From an uncultured Chloroflexia bacterium (lineage in GTDB: Bacteria; Chloroflexota; Limnocylindria; Limnocylindrales; CSP1-4), in contig OY970218.1 in assembly GCA_963713975.1 (NCBI GenBank), positions 537,451 to 601,450 on the forward strand: a stretch of DNA of 64,000 bases. Direction: 5' to 3'. The notes below the pieces were generated by a model that saw nothing but the letters and a program-made list of their open reading frames with translations, ran no database searches and had not been told where the DNA came from. Below are positions 16,894 to 26,966 of the stretch, piece by piece (within the stretch, counting starts at the first letter, position 1; every line of letters starts with the position of its first letter). The position numbers and the translations under genes were made by a program.

Positions 16894-17949
16894 ATGGCCG
16901 TCCTAGAGATCGTCGGCCTCGTCAAGAGGTACGAGGGGCAACTCGCGGTCGATCACCTGAACCTCAGCGTGAAACAAGGCGAGTTCGTGACCCTGCTGGG
17001 CCCATCCGGGTGCGGCAAGACCACGACGCTCCGGGCGATCGCCGGACTCGTTGACATTGACGGCGGCGAGATCCGCTTCGATGGACGCCTCATGAATGAC
17101 GTCCCACCCCACAAGCGATCCACGGCAATGGTGTTCCAGTCATACGCGCTCTTCCCACATATGACGATTGCAGAGAACATCTCGTTCGGGCTGCGGATGC
17201 GCAAGGTGCCCAACCCGGAACGGCAGACGCGGGTGGCCGATGCCATGGCGATGGTCGGGCTGGAAGGCCTCGCCGGCCGCAAGCCGACAGAGCTGTCGGG
17301 GGGCCAGCAGCAGCGCGTCGCCCTCGCCCGCGCCATCGTGACGCGACCCGACATCCTCCTCTTCGACGAGCCGCTGTCCAACCTTGACGCGAAGTTGCGC
17401 GAGCGGCTCCGCATCGAGATCCGGGAACTGCAACGGAGTCTCGGCATCACCACGATCTACGTCACGCATGACCAGGCTGAGGCGCTCGTCATGTCGGACC
17501 GGATCGTGGTCATGAACAAGGGGCGCATCGACCAGATGGGCAACCCGCTCGAGGTCTATCGCCATCCGGCCACGCCGTTCACCGCGGAGTTCATCGGCCA
17601 GGCGAACGTGCTTGCTGCCACGATCGACTCGCAGGAGCCGGACGGAACGAGGTGCACGTGCTCGGTCGGGACCCTGCTCTCCAGCGCACGACCAGAGCCC
17701 GGCGAGCGGGACGTCCGCCTCGCCTGGAGGCCGGAGGACGTGGTCCCGTTCCGCGACGGGGACCCCAACCGCATCGCGGCGACAGTCACCAGCGTCATCT
17801 ACATGGGAAATCTGACCGTGGTCGTGGTCAGCGTTGACGGGACGGCCCTGCGGGTTGAGCGACCGGGTTCCGTGGACTGGGCCGTCGGCGACGAGATCGC
17901 CCTGTCCGTGGCGCCCGACAAGATCGAGATCCTCCGTGACCTCGGCTGA
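16894..17949 (+). CDS. ABC transporter ATP-binding protein (PotA/MalK-like, with a C-terminal TOBE-like domain)
   Basis: Walker A GPSGCGKTT, signature LSGGQQQRV, Walker B ILLFDEP. Confidence 0.95.
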   Translation: MAVLEIVGLVKRYEGQLAVDHLNLSVKQGEFVTLLGPSGCGKTTTLRAIAGLVDIDGGEIRFDGRLMNDVPPHKRSTAMVFQSYALFPHMTIAENISFGLRMRKVPNPERQTRVADAMAMVGLEGLAGRKPTELSGGQQQRVALARAIVTRPDILLFDEPLSNLDAKLRERLRIEIRELQRSLGITTIYVTHDQAEALVMSDRIVVMNKGRIDQMGNPLEVYRHPATPFTAEFIGQANVLAATIDSQEPDGTRCTCSVGTLLSSARPEPGERDVRLAWRPEDVVPFRDGDPNRIAATVTSVIYMGNLTVVVVSVDGTALRVERPGSVDWAVGDEIALSVAPDKIEILRDLG

Positions 17950-17969
17950 GGCAGTCGAATGGCTGAACC

Positions 17970-18827
17970 GTGAACCCGCGTAGCCATCGCCTGCTAATCA
18001 TCGCCCTGATGCTTCCGGCCGTCGGGTTCGTGGCGCTGTTCCTGGTCGCCGTCATGATCATGACCGTGATGCAGAGCTTCGGCTTCTTCAGCTTCACGGG
18101 CTCCGAGGACATCGGCTTCGCGAGCTGGTCCGCGGTGCTTGCCGACGAGACCACCTGGGACGCGCTCTTCTACTCGGCGAAGATCGCGCTCGTCAGCGCC
18201 TTCGCCTCGCTCCTCGTCGCCTACCCGATCGCGCTCTACATGCGGCGCTTGTTCGTTGGCAAGGGAATGCTGAACTCACTGATCCGGGTGCCGCTGTTCG
18301 TGCCCGCTCTGGTCGCGGCGTTCCTAATCCTCAACGTCGCGTCCTATCACGGGATCCTTAACGAGGTGCTGGTGCGGCTCGGCGTCATCTCCGAGCCCCT
18401 GCGGCTCACCCACGATGACTGGGGCCTCGGCGTCGTCGGGATCCAGGTCTGGAAGAACGTGCCCTTCCTCGCACTCATCCTGACCGCTGTCCTGGCGAAC
18501 ATCCCGGCGGACCTTGAAGCCGCTGCCCAGAACCTCGGGGCCGGCCCGTGGCAGCGGTTCCTCCACGTCCTGCTGCCCCTCTCGATCACAGGCGTCCAGA
18601 TCGGTGTCACGCTCGTCTTCATCGGCGTGTTCGGCGACTACGCGATCAACTCGATCGCCGGTCCGCTGTACCCGCCGTCGATGTCGATCCGGATGTTCAC
18701 GGTCGGCCAGAAGTTCGGCGAGTGGGGTCAGGCCGCCGGCCTTGGGATCATGCTCATGGTCGGACTGTTGATCGCTGCATGGGGCTTCTCGATGCTGGCC
18801 AAACTGACAGTGAAGGTGACGCGATGA
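17970..18827 (+). CDS. ABC transporter permease
   Basis: 285 aa and multi-TM. Contains the EAA-like loop AAQNLGAGPWQRFLHVLLP. Confidence 0.9.
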   Translation: MNPRSHRLLIIALMLPAVGFVALFLVAVMIMTVMQSFGFFSFTGSEDIGFASWSAVLADETTWDALFYSAKIALVSAFASLLVAYPIALYMRRLFVGKGMLNSLIRVPLFVPALVAAFLILNVASYHGILNEVLVRLGVISEPLRLTHDDWGLGVVGIQVWKNVPFLALILTAVLANIPADLEAAAQNLGAGPWQRFLHVLLPLSITGVQIGVTLVFIGVFGDYAINSIAGPLYPPSMSIRMFTVGQKFGEWGQAAGLGIMLMVGLLIAAWGFSMLAKLTVKVTR

Positions 18828-19690
18828 CGTCTCAGGTCCCGATGCGGCGGCCCCTCGCGGAGCGACTCGGCGGGATCGCGCGCACGCATGCCGTGCCGAC
18901 TGTCCTGATCATCATCGCGCTCGTCCTTGTCGGCGTGCCGATCCTGATGGCCGTCGCCTGGTCGCTCGTGGACCCCAATACCGGGTGGTCATATCCCGAC
19001 CTGCTGCCACCGTCGATCTCGCTGTACCAGTGGGACTACGTGTTCCGCTACACCGAGATCGTGCCGGCCATCATCACGAGCTACGCCCTCGCCGCGGTCA
19101 CGACCGTCCTCTGCTTCATCCTCTCATTGCCCATGGCGTATGCCATGGGCCGCTGGCAGTTCCGAGGCAAGGAGGCGGTCCGGCTCCTGATCCTGCTGCC
19201 GCTGGTGATCCCGGGCATGGTCGTGGCCCTGTTCCTGAGCCGCGTGTTCATCGTCCTCGGGCTCGGCCAGACCTTCCACGGCCTCGCGATCGCCCATACC
19301 CTCCTGGCGATCCCGTTCATGGCACGCCTCCTGTCGACGAGCTTTGAGGCCATCCCCAAGAACGTGTCCGATGCCGCGAGCAACCTCGGCGCCTCGGAGT
19401 GGGCCAAGCTCCGATGGATCTACCTTCCGCTCGTGCGACCGGGGATCTTTGCCGGCGCCATCTTCTGCTTCATCGCCAGTCTGGAAGAGTTCTCGTTGAC
19501 ATACGTCATCGGGACACCCGACTACCAGACGATTCCGACAATCCTGTTCTCGTTCCTGGGTCTGCGGTTCGTACGCACGCAGGCCTCAGTCGTCTCCCTC
19601 GTGCTGCTGATCCCCAGTCTCGTCCTGCTGTACCTCGCTGACCGGTATCTGCAGCGCGACTACCTGTCCGCAGGCTTCAGCAAGCTCTGA
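18824..19690 (+). CDS. ABC transporter permease
   Basis: The start ATG overlaps the previous stop (ATGA). Contains the EAA loop AASNLGASEWAKLRWIYLP. Confidence 0.9.
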   Translation: MTSQVPMRRPLAERLGGIARTHAVPTVLIIIALVLVGVPILMAVAWSLVDPNTGWSYPDLLPPSISLYQWDYVFRYTEIVPAIITSYALAAVTTVLCFILSLPMAYAMGRWQFRGKEAVRLLILLPLVIPGMVVALFLSRVFIVLGLGQTFHGLAIAHTLLAIPFMARLLSTSFEAIPKNVSDAASNLGASEWAKLRWIYLPLVRPGIFAGAIFCFIASLEEFSLTYVIGTPDYQTIPTILFSFLGLRFVRTQASVVSLVLLIPSLVLLYLADRYLQRDYLSAGFSKL

Positions 19691-19899
19691 CGCGGCCTCC
19701 GGGAACCGCCGCCTGTCTTCCCCTCGGCCAGCTCCGCGCGACGAACCGTGGGACTGCCCTGCCCATCGCGCTTGACACCCCGCACAGTCGCTGGACTTCG
19801 CCGGCCGGCGGCTTCCGCAATCGCCGGAGAGGTGCTGATCCCGGTCGAGTGAGGACCAGCGACGATTGGGACCCGGTACCAGCGAGACACACGCTGGAG

Positions 19900-20450
19900 G
19901 ACCGTGTCGCGCAAGGCAGGTCGGTCGTCTGGTCCGACTTGTCGATCTGGGCAATGGCAGTCAGCCCCGGGACAACGCCCCAAACACGATCGGTGCCACC
20001 GGCATTTCTCTTACCCATCGAGTTCGTGATCGGCAGCACCATGCGATCGAGCCAGAACGGTTCCTCGATGATGAGGATCCTGCAGCCCAGCACAGTTCCC
20101 AACTTGGTCGGCGATGACAGCCGTCCCGTCCGACAGGGTCACCAACCAGGGCGCCGCCTTGCTGGATCGCGAGGCCCACGACCCCGACGGGGCAATCGAG
20201 GATCAACTTTGGTACCGGACTCGTTCTCCCGTTCGGCGGAGGCACGCGCCAGCCAGAAGGGATCCAGGATCGAGTCGTCAGGGACGGGCATCGCTCCGGC
20301 CAGCGAGTCCGACAGGTACGGCGCAACGTCCAGCAGTTGGGCGCCCGCGACGATCTCCATGGAGACGCCGAGGACCGACGCTCGCTCCCGAGCCTCCAGC
20401 CGCAGCCATTCGAAGTCCGCGGCGTTGGTCTCCAGCATTGCTATCGCGGA
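19900..20450 (-). pseudogene. Possible decayed, frameshifted fragment of a DUF4143-type AAA ATPase gene
   Basis: There is no intact ORF in about 1 kb. Two minus-strand pieces lie in different frames. One reads ILIIEEPFWLDRMVLPITNSMGKRNAGGTDRVWGVVPGL, which resembles the conserved DUF4143 block LE..F....LP...N.GKR......D.GL (recalled from memory). GC is lower than in the flanks. Confidence 0.3.
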
Positions 20451-20753
20451 ACTTGGCCTTGCTGGCGTCTTCGCCGATGTCATGGCCACACCCGAATCAG
20501 AGCGGGGCGAAGCCGAAACGAGCAAGGTCCCAGGTGACGGCACAGTCAACCGCTCGGCCGTCGACGACGAGTGCTGCGACCGCGACCCGCGGAAGCAGAC
20601 GATCGCCCAAGCGACACGACTCCATCAGTCGTCGACCAGGCTTTGCCCGCAGACCGTCACCCTGACGGCTGACACCCCATGGCCATCCGGACAGCGCGCC
20701 GGGACGGTGAGCCGCCTTGCGTGCTCACCGTCCCGGCGCCCATTGCCAGAGCG

Positions 20754-21962
20754 CTACTTGAGGACGTTCTTGGTGTATCCCTCGGCAAACTCGGACTTGT
20801 ACTGAGCAGGCATCCAGCCAGTCCCCTTGTCCCGTTCAGCCTGCGAAAGGATCGAAGGGACGCTGGAGAGGTCCGTCCGAGCCGGAGCCAACCCGGTCGT
20901 CTCGTTCATCATCGTCTGGATCTCGGGGCTGGTGAGGAAGTCGAGGAACAGGAGGGCGGCAGCCTTGTTCGATGCGTTCTTGAGCACCCCGGCCGTGTCG
21001 CCTCCGCCCGCAAGCCCGAACTGGGGGATGTACATCTTTGAACTCGCCGGCACCGTGCCGTTGGCGATGCCCGCGGTTGAGTCGTCATCCCAGGCCGAGA
21101 CCATGGATGCAGCGCCCTGATTGAGCAGATCCAGATCCTCGGCATTCGAGAGGGTGACGTTCATATACTGGTTGTTGTCCTTGAGCCAGTTGTAGGCGAC
21201 GTCCCAGTTGGCGATCTTGGCTGGATCGACTGTTGTGTCGCCTGCGTACTTGTCGAGTCCGCCGGTCAGGTTCGCAATCACAGACTGAACGAATGCCTGG
21301 CCTGCGCCGCCGTTGTTCGGATTGGGGTAGGCAAAGCCCTTCGGGTTTGCCTTGATCCAAGCGGCGAATTCGTCCCACGTCTGCGGCGGGTCTGCCACGA
21401 CGTTGGGGTCGTACAGGAAGCCGACCTGGTTCCGGTAGATCGGGACAAGGTATCCGCCAGTATCCACGCCTTCTTGGACGGCGGCCAGCTTCGGATCGAT
21501 GACAGCGTGATCCGGTAGCGACTCGTAGACCGGACGATCCCAAAGCCCGGCGTCAATGGATGTCTTGACGTCTGATCCTCCGATCAACTGGACGTCGATC
21601 GTACCCACTTCACGATCCTTCTCAGAGAGGATCTTGGTGATCGCGTTGTCACCGATGAGGACCCGAGCCGGCACGCCGTACTTCTCGGTGAACATCTTGG
21701 CGACCTGCTTCCAGAAGCTCTCGCCCCACCAGGCGCCAAAGACGATGTCGCTACCTGCCTTGGCGGCCTCAACGAGTTCATCGTGGGTCATTGACGTGTA
21801 GTCGACTGCGGCGCTCGGAGCCGAGGTGGGATCAGCGCTCGACGCTGAGGTGGGAGCAGCGCTCGGCGCAGTCGATTCCGGAGCGACCGTCGAGCTCCCG
21901 CATGCGGCAAGCGACATCACCACCGCTACGGCAACCACGCCGGCCTTCAATCTCATCTGCAT
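20754..21962 (-). CDS. ABC transporter substrate-binding lipoprotein (family 1 solute-binding protein)
   Basis: The signal peptide MQMRLKAGVVAVAVVMSLAACGSS carries a lipobox. The rest is a typical periplasmic-binding fold sequence. Confidence 0.88.
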   Translation of the reverse strand: MQMRLKAGVVAVAVVMSLAACGSSTVAPESTAPSAAPTSASSADPTSAPSAAVDYTSMTHDELVEAAKAGSDIVFGAWWGESFWKQVAKMFTEKYGVPARVLIGDNAITKILSEKDREVGTIDVQLIGGSDVKTSIDAGLWDRPVYESLPDHAVIDPKLAAVQEGVDTGGYLVPIYRNQVGFLYDPNVVADPPQTWDEFAAWIKANPKGFAYPNPNNGGAGQAFVQSVIANLTGGLDKYAGDTTVDPAKIANWDVAYNWLKDNNQYMNVTLSNAEDLDLLNQGAASMVSAWDDDSTAGIANGTVPASSKMYIPQFGLAGGGDTAGVLKNASNKAAALLFLDFLTSPEIQTMMNETTGLAPARTDLSSVPSILSQAERDKGTGWMPAQYKSEFAEGYTKNVLK

Positions 21963-22340
21963 GTCTTCCTCTACAGCACTAGTGTGACTCGTGTGACCTT
22001 GTGACCTGGACCGGTTCCCGCACGTCACAAGCCGAAGTACGTCTGGCGGCAGTGGGGTCGTGGGCCCAGTCCTCAGAACCGACGACGGCCCCGTTCCCCT
22101 GCATGGTTCCCTGGATCAGGAGAGGGACTCAACCCGTGAGCCGGGCTCACGGCAGCACTAGTCAGAGATCGACAGCGCTGAACTGCGGACGCGACGAGAA
22201 ACTACGCCCGATGTGATGAGTGTCTACGGTCCCGTGGGGTGACTACACGCGGACTCAGTTTCCGAGCCCGCTGGCGGTGCTCAATTGCCAAGATCCAACT
22301 TCACACCTCGAATCCAGCGGGTTCACAGCAAGGGAGCCAG

Positions 22341-22382
22341 TAGCATTGCTGCATCCAATACTGATACCTAGCAGCAATGCTA
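22341..22382. promoter_or_regulatory. Copy 2 of the inverted repeat TAGCATTGCTGC-N18-GCAGCAATGCTA (perfect)
   Basis: Both 12-bp arms are perfect and the AT-rich spacer is 18 nt. It lies about 380 nt upstream of the minus-strand SBP gene. Confidence 0.65.
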
Positions 22383-22765
22383 GTGGATCCTACGACTGCG
22401 CCGCGAACGCTGTCAAGGGTCCTGAATGCGTCACGTCCTGAACGCGTCGTTTGCGGGGGTATGGGGCCCCTCTGCGACCCAGGGAGGTGGGTGGGTTCCC
22501 CATCCGCCTGGTCCCGGCCGTTGCGCCGTGGGGTGGCAATCGGCAGGGGGAGCTCGTGGTGCTGGCGCTCCGATCGGGACCAGCCCGGCGGGTGGACCAG
22601 GCCGGTGCGCACCGATGCGCTCTGCCTGCAATTCTGAGTTCGGAGCCCGGGCTTCGACCCCCACGCAGTCCGCCCCTGGAGCGCAGCACGGCCGGGGCGA
22701 ATGGTCGACACCTGCGACGGGCCGGATGGCGGCAGGAGCAGCCTGAGACGGGCTCCAGGTATGGG

Positions 22766-25093
22766 TCAATCCTCGTCCGGGTGGAATCCCCAGGCCCGGG
22801 TCCATCGCACGTAATCAGCAAGGACGAACGGCGGGCGACCGGCGAGGTAATGGCTCCTGCCGGGTTCACCGTCGGCTGACCACTCGATCGCGAGGAACCG
22901 CTGGACGCCGGGCAGCTCAGCCACGCGACCGACCGTGACGGCTGCGTCGCCAAGCGCGGTCGCCGTGCCCGCGGCGACCTCCTCGGCCGTGTCGACGTCT
23001 CGGACCTGGAACTCGACCGTGCTCGGCGAGCGCCGGTCGTTGCAGATGACGATGTCGTGGTGGCCCTCAACTGCCTCACGGAGTACCACGCAGACCGGTT
23101 GCTGGCTGCGCTTGATGGCCTCGAAGGCGAGCTTGCGCACGCCGTAGTAGTCGATGACCGCGTCCGAGAACTGCGGCCAGCCGTCCGCGATGTTCCACCA
23201 GATGATCCCAGTGCGCCGCCACTTGCCGACGCGGAACTGCTCGATGAAGAACTTGAACGCCTCCGCTTGCGATGCCTGGCTGGCCCGCACGAAGTCCTCG
23301 AGCGAATTGGGGACGGTTCCGAACAATGAGCGGATCTGGATGGCGAGCAGCTCGACCCGGTAGTCGTGCACGTTGACGCCGGGGATCGGCGACGTCGAAT
23401 GCAGCAGCCACTCCGGGTTGTCCTCGTATGGCCACAGATGCTCGGGCGTCAGGAATTGCCGCAGCGACGCAACCGCGGGCGCACCGAGGTAGCCGATCTC
23501 GCTCGCGAAGTGGGCGAGCGACTCTCGGTAGTACGCGCCCTTGAAATCATCCCGCGGGCCCCAGAGGTGGTCCTCCGGCAAGTAGCGCTCGCCCGCCGCC
23601 GCGGCGGCCGGATCCAGGTAGGGCGAGCTGGGAATGTACGGCCGGGAAGGGTCCTCCTCACGCAGCACCCGCGGGAGAACCCGGCGTGTCAGCACGTTTT
23701 CGTTCGGGTCGCGTCCGCGTCCGGTTCGGACGTGCTTCTGATCGCACTCGTTGTCACCCGCCCACAGCGCCAGTGACGGATGCTGACGGAGGCGGCGGAC
23801 AACAGCCACGGCCTCTGTCCTGAGCTCCTCGCTGAAGGCTGCATCCTGCGGATAGATGGCGCAGGCCATAGCGAAGTCCTGCCAGACGAGGATGCCGAGC
23901 TCGTCGCATCGGTCGAAGAAGGCATCCGACTCGTAGACATTGCCCCCCCAGCAGCGGATCATGTTGCAGCCGATCTCGTCCACTGCTGCCAGGACGGCCG
24001 GCATGCGCTCGGCGTCGCGGGCATGGAATGCGTCGAGAGGAACCCAATTGGTGCCCATGATGAACACCGGCTCACCGTTCACGACGAACCGGAATTCGCC
24101 GTCACCAGCCTCGCTCGTCACGCTGGTCCGTTCGAGCTCCACGGTCCGGATCCCGTGACGGAAGGCGTAGTGGTCGATGGGCTCTTCGCTCTCGAGTAGC
24201 GTGACCTCCACGTCGTAGAGCGCTGCCTCACCGCGACCCCGCGGCCACCACATGGCCGGGTCCGGGACGATGATTGGGATCATCGAGACATCGAACAGCA
24301 ACGGCACGCGCACCTCGAACCGGGAGTCGCCGCACGCGCCGTTGATCAGGGCCACCAGTCGCCCGCCAGTCGCACCAGCCCGACACCGCAGGTGAAGCGA
24401 GAGTTGGGCGGACCCGTCGGGCCGGATCAGTTCGGTCTCCAGCCAGGCCCAGTCGATGCGCCGCCGCGGCAGAAACCGCAGGCTGACAGGCCGCCAGATC
24501 CCCCCTGACAGCGCCCTGGGCATGATGTCCCAGCCGAACATGTGCGGCGCTTTTCGGACGTAGAGCCCTTCGAACCCGCTTCCCTCGGCGACCAGGCCCG
24601 CCGGGTACTCAAGCACCTCCGACCGCGCGCGAGCCAGCACCGGGTGGATCGCGACGCAGAGCGTGTTGACCGTGCCGTACCGGAGCACCCCTTCCACGTC
24701 CACGCGCTGCTCGACCAGCATCGACCGGGACTCGTGGACCAGGGTCCCATTGAGGTACACGGATGCGTCGCAATCGATCCCCTCGAACAGCAGCTCGGGG
24801 ACAGCGCTCGGGTCCTCCGTGCGGTCGACCGTGAAGGTGGTCCCGTACGTGAGGTATCGCTCCTCCAGGGCCCGCAGCCCCACGATGTTCATGCCGCGGA
24901 ACGGCTCGTCGATAAGGCCTGCCGCGAGGAGGTCCAGCTCCACGCTCCCAGGCACGGTCGCCGCGACAACCTGGTGGCCTGCGGCGAGCGCCTCGGAAGC
25001 GCTGCCGTCGCGCACGACCGGCGGCTCGTCGGACAGCGCGAGCCACCATCGTCCGCCGAGGTCGAGGGTGTGGCCGTCACGGCGGAAGCGCAT
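22766..25093 (-). CDS. GH2 beta-mannosidase, cytoplasmic (no signal peptide)
   Basis: 776 aa, starting MRFRRDGHTLDLGGRWWLAL. Contains GH2 sugar-binding and TIM modules (..NMIRCWGGNVYE.., ..WQDFAMACA.., ..IIWWNIADGWPQ..). The start abuts the stop of the ROK gene. Confidence 0.88.
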   Translation of the reverse strand: MRFRRDGHTLDLGGRWWLALSDEPPVVRDGSASEALAAGHQVVAATVPGSVELDLLAAGLIDEPFRGMNIVGLRALEERYLTYGTTFTVDRTEDPSAVPELLFEGIDCDASVYLNGTLVHESRSMLVEQRVDVEGVLRYGTVNTLCVAIHPVLARARSEVLEYPAGLVAEGSGFEGLYVRKAPHMFGWDIMPRALSGGIWRPVSLRFLPRRRIDWAWLETELIRPDGSAQLSLHLRCRAGATGGRLVALINGACGDSRFEVRVPLLFDVSMIPIIVPDPAMWWPRGRGEAALYDVEVTLLESEEPIDHYAFRHGIRTVELERTSVTSEAGDGEFRFVVNGEPVFIMGTNWVPLDAFHARDAERMPAVLAAVDEIGCNMIRCWGGNVYESDAFFDRCDELGILVWQDFAMACAIYPQDAAFSEELRTEAVAVVRRLRQHPSLALWAGDNECDQKHVRTGRGRDPNENVLTRRVLPRVLREEDPSRPYIPSSPYLDPAAAAAGERYLPEDHLWGPRDDFKGAYYRESLAHFASEIGYLGAPAVASLRQFLTPEHLWPYEDNPEWLLHSTSPIPGVNVHDYRVELLAIQIRSLFGTVPNSLEDFVRASQASQAEAFKFFIEQFRVGKWRRTGIIWWNIADGWPQFSDAVIDYYGVRKLAFEAIKRSQQPVCVVLREAVEGHHDIVICNDRRSPSTVEFQVRDVDTAEEVAAGTATALGDAAVTVGRVAELPGVQRFLAIEWSADGEPGRSHYLAGRPPFVLADYVRWTRAWGFHPDED

Positions 25094-25094
25094 C

Positions 25095-26072
25095 TCAGAC
25101 CCCTCCCAGGGTTGCGCGGCGGAGTCCGCCGTGATGGATGGCGGCGGCCAGGGCGGCGACGTCGCCGAGCCGCTCCCCAAGCTGTGCAGGCTCGATCCGC
25201 ACGCCGGGTTCGCGGGGGCATGCCTCGCGTCCGACGACGCTGACGACGGTCGGCAGGTAGAGGTCGGCGGCCCGCCAGCCCAGAGCCCCGAGGATCACGA
25301 CCTCCGGATCAAGCAAGTCCACGAGTTGCGCTATGCCCCGGCCGAGCCAGGTCGCCGACCGCTCGACGACACGCAGTGCAACAGCATCCCCACCCCGCGC
25401 CAGGGTTACGAGGTCTACCGCCGAGATGGTGTCGGGCCATCGTCCCGGGAACAGGTGCGAGGCGAGGCGCGGCAGTCCGGCGCCACTCGCGAACCCCTCC
25501 CACGAACCCGCCTTGCCGTAGGCCTTGGGTCCGCGGAAGGTCATCCGCCAGTGACCCACCTCTCCCGCTGCATCGCGCGCACCGCGCACGAGCCGACCGT
25601 CGGCAAGCACCCCGCAACCGAGGCCCGTCCCGAGCGTGAGGAAGATCGCGTCGCGGCAACCACGCGCGGCGCCGAACCACCACTCGGCCAGGAGCCCTGC
25701 CTTCGCGTCGTGCTCCACGTGCGCCTCCACGCCGTAGCGCTCGACCAGCAGCGCGCCCAGCGGGATGTGGTCCCAGCCGGGCAGGTTGGGCGGCGACAGC
25801 ACGATCCCCCGAGCCTGATCGATGGGGCCGCCGATGCTCACGCCGATTGCACACGGTGGCCCGAACCCGGCAACCAGATCGTCCGCCATCTCGGTCATCC
25901 TGACCCACATCGGCCTGAACCCCTCGGCCGCTTCAGACGCCGCCACATGCCGCTGCAGCACCGACCCGTCGACCGTGCCGGCGACCACCGCGGTCTTGGT
26001 GCCACCAATGTCAAAGCCCAGGATCCACCCTGTGCCGGGCGGTAGGGCCGGCCCGAACTTCCCGTCCCCCAC
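25095..26072 (-). CDS. ROK-family sugar kinase
   Basis: Contains ILGFDIGGTKTAV and the ROK signature region ..GCGVLADGRLVRGA..AGEVGHW... Confidence 0.9.
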   Translation of the reverse strand: MGDGKFGPALPPGTGWILGFDIGGTKTAVVAGTVDGSVLQRHVAASEAAEGFRPMWVRMTEMADDLVAGFGPPCAIGVSIGGPIDQARGIVLSPPNLPGWDHIPLGALLVERYGVEAHVEHDAKAGLLAEWWFGAARGCRDAIFLTLGTGLGCGVLADGRLVRGARDAAGEVGHWRMTFRGPKAYGKAGSWEGFASGAGLPRLASHLFPGRWPDTISAVDLVTLARGGDAVALRVVERSATWLGRGIAQLVDLLDPEVVILGALGWRAADLYLPTVVSVVGREACPREPGVRIEPAQLGERLGDVAALAAAIHHGGLRRATLGGV

Positions 26073-26075
26073 GAT

Positions 26076-26966
26076 CTATTTCGTTCGGCGCGACGGGTTC
26101 GACCGGGTTCGCAGCTTGCGCCGTTCGATCGTCTCCTCGACGCGATCGCGGAGCCCGGTGGCGTCGCGCCCAATCCCGATCCGGATGGCCAGCACATCCA
26201 TGACGACGAGATACGGCATGACGGCATCCACGAGCCCGACTCGATACCGCTGCGGATTCACCACCGGCACTTGGACCACGAGGTCGGCAAGCCTCGAGAT
26301 GGACGAGGGAACGAAGCCCGTCATCGCAATCGTTTGTGCGCCGGCATCACGGGCCACCTTGAAAGCCTCCACGGTCTCGCGCGTCTCACCCGAGAATGAG
26401 ATCGCGATGACGACGTGGCGCTCGTTCACCTGGAGCATCTGCAGCAGTTGCTGATGGGAATCGAGACTGAGGCGGATGGGGACGCCAAGGCGGGCCAACA
26501 CGTTTTCCGCCAAGGTCGCCACTGATAGCGACGCACCCATGCCGAGCAGCGTGACCATCGACGCCTTGGCAATCGCGTCCGCGACGGCATCGATCGGTTC
26601 GCCGGCCAGCAGGCGGCCGGTCGCCTCAAGGTTCGACGCATATGCCTGGAGCACGTCCTGGACCTGGACCGGAAGCGGCGAGCCTGACTGGACCGGGACG
26701 TTGAAGATCCCGAGCTCGGCCCGCGCCTGCTCGGCCACCTCCTCCCGGAGCAAGCCGAGCTTGAACTCCTTGAACCCCAGGACCCCGAGCTTGTGGACGA
26801 GTCCGAACAGGACCGTCTCGCTCGTCTCGCTGCGTTTCGCGAGCTCACGGCCGGACAATGTCACCACGGCTCGGGGGTCGGCCAGAACGGCGTCCGCGAT
26901 CCGCCGCTCCCCATCGGTCAGACTAGGGTAGAGGCTTCGGAGCGTGGCGAGGAGCGTCGGTTTCAC
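26076..26966 (-). CDS. MurR/RpiR-family transcriptional regulator (HTH_6 plus SIS domain)
   Basis: The N-terminal LTDGERRIADAVLADPRAVVTLSGRELAKRSETSETV HTH is followed by an SIS domain. Confidence 0.92.
   Translation of the reverse strand: MKPTLLATLRSLYPSLTDGERRIADAVLADPRAVVTLSGRELAKRSETSETVLFGLVHKLGVLGFKEFKLGLLREEVAEQARAELGIFNVPVQSGSPLPVQVQDVLQAYASNLEATGRLLAGEPIDAVADAIAKASMVTLLGMGASLSVATLAENVLARLGVPIRLSLDSHQQLLQMLQVNERHVVIAISFSGETRETVEAFKVARDAGAQTIAMTGFVPSSISRLADLVVQVPVVNPQRYRVGLVDAVMPYLVVMDVLAIRIGIGRDATGLRDRVEETIERRKLRTRSNPSRRTK

Noticed and set aside
19849-20805. 318-aa plus-strand ORF filling the gap between the permease and SBP genes
   Set aside because: The translation is low-complexity (Ser/Arg/Pro-rich) with no motif. 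The region looks like decayed DNA with frameshifted minus-strand fragments.
22028-22766. Riboswitch or known ncRNA in the long gene-free region (I checked by eye for cobalamin, TPP, SAM, c-di-AMP, RNase P, SRP and tmRNA signatures)
   Set aside because: No conserved core sequence of these families was recognisable. The region remains unexplained and needs an Infernal scan.
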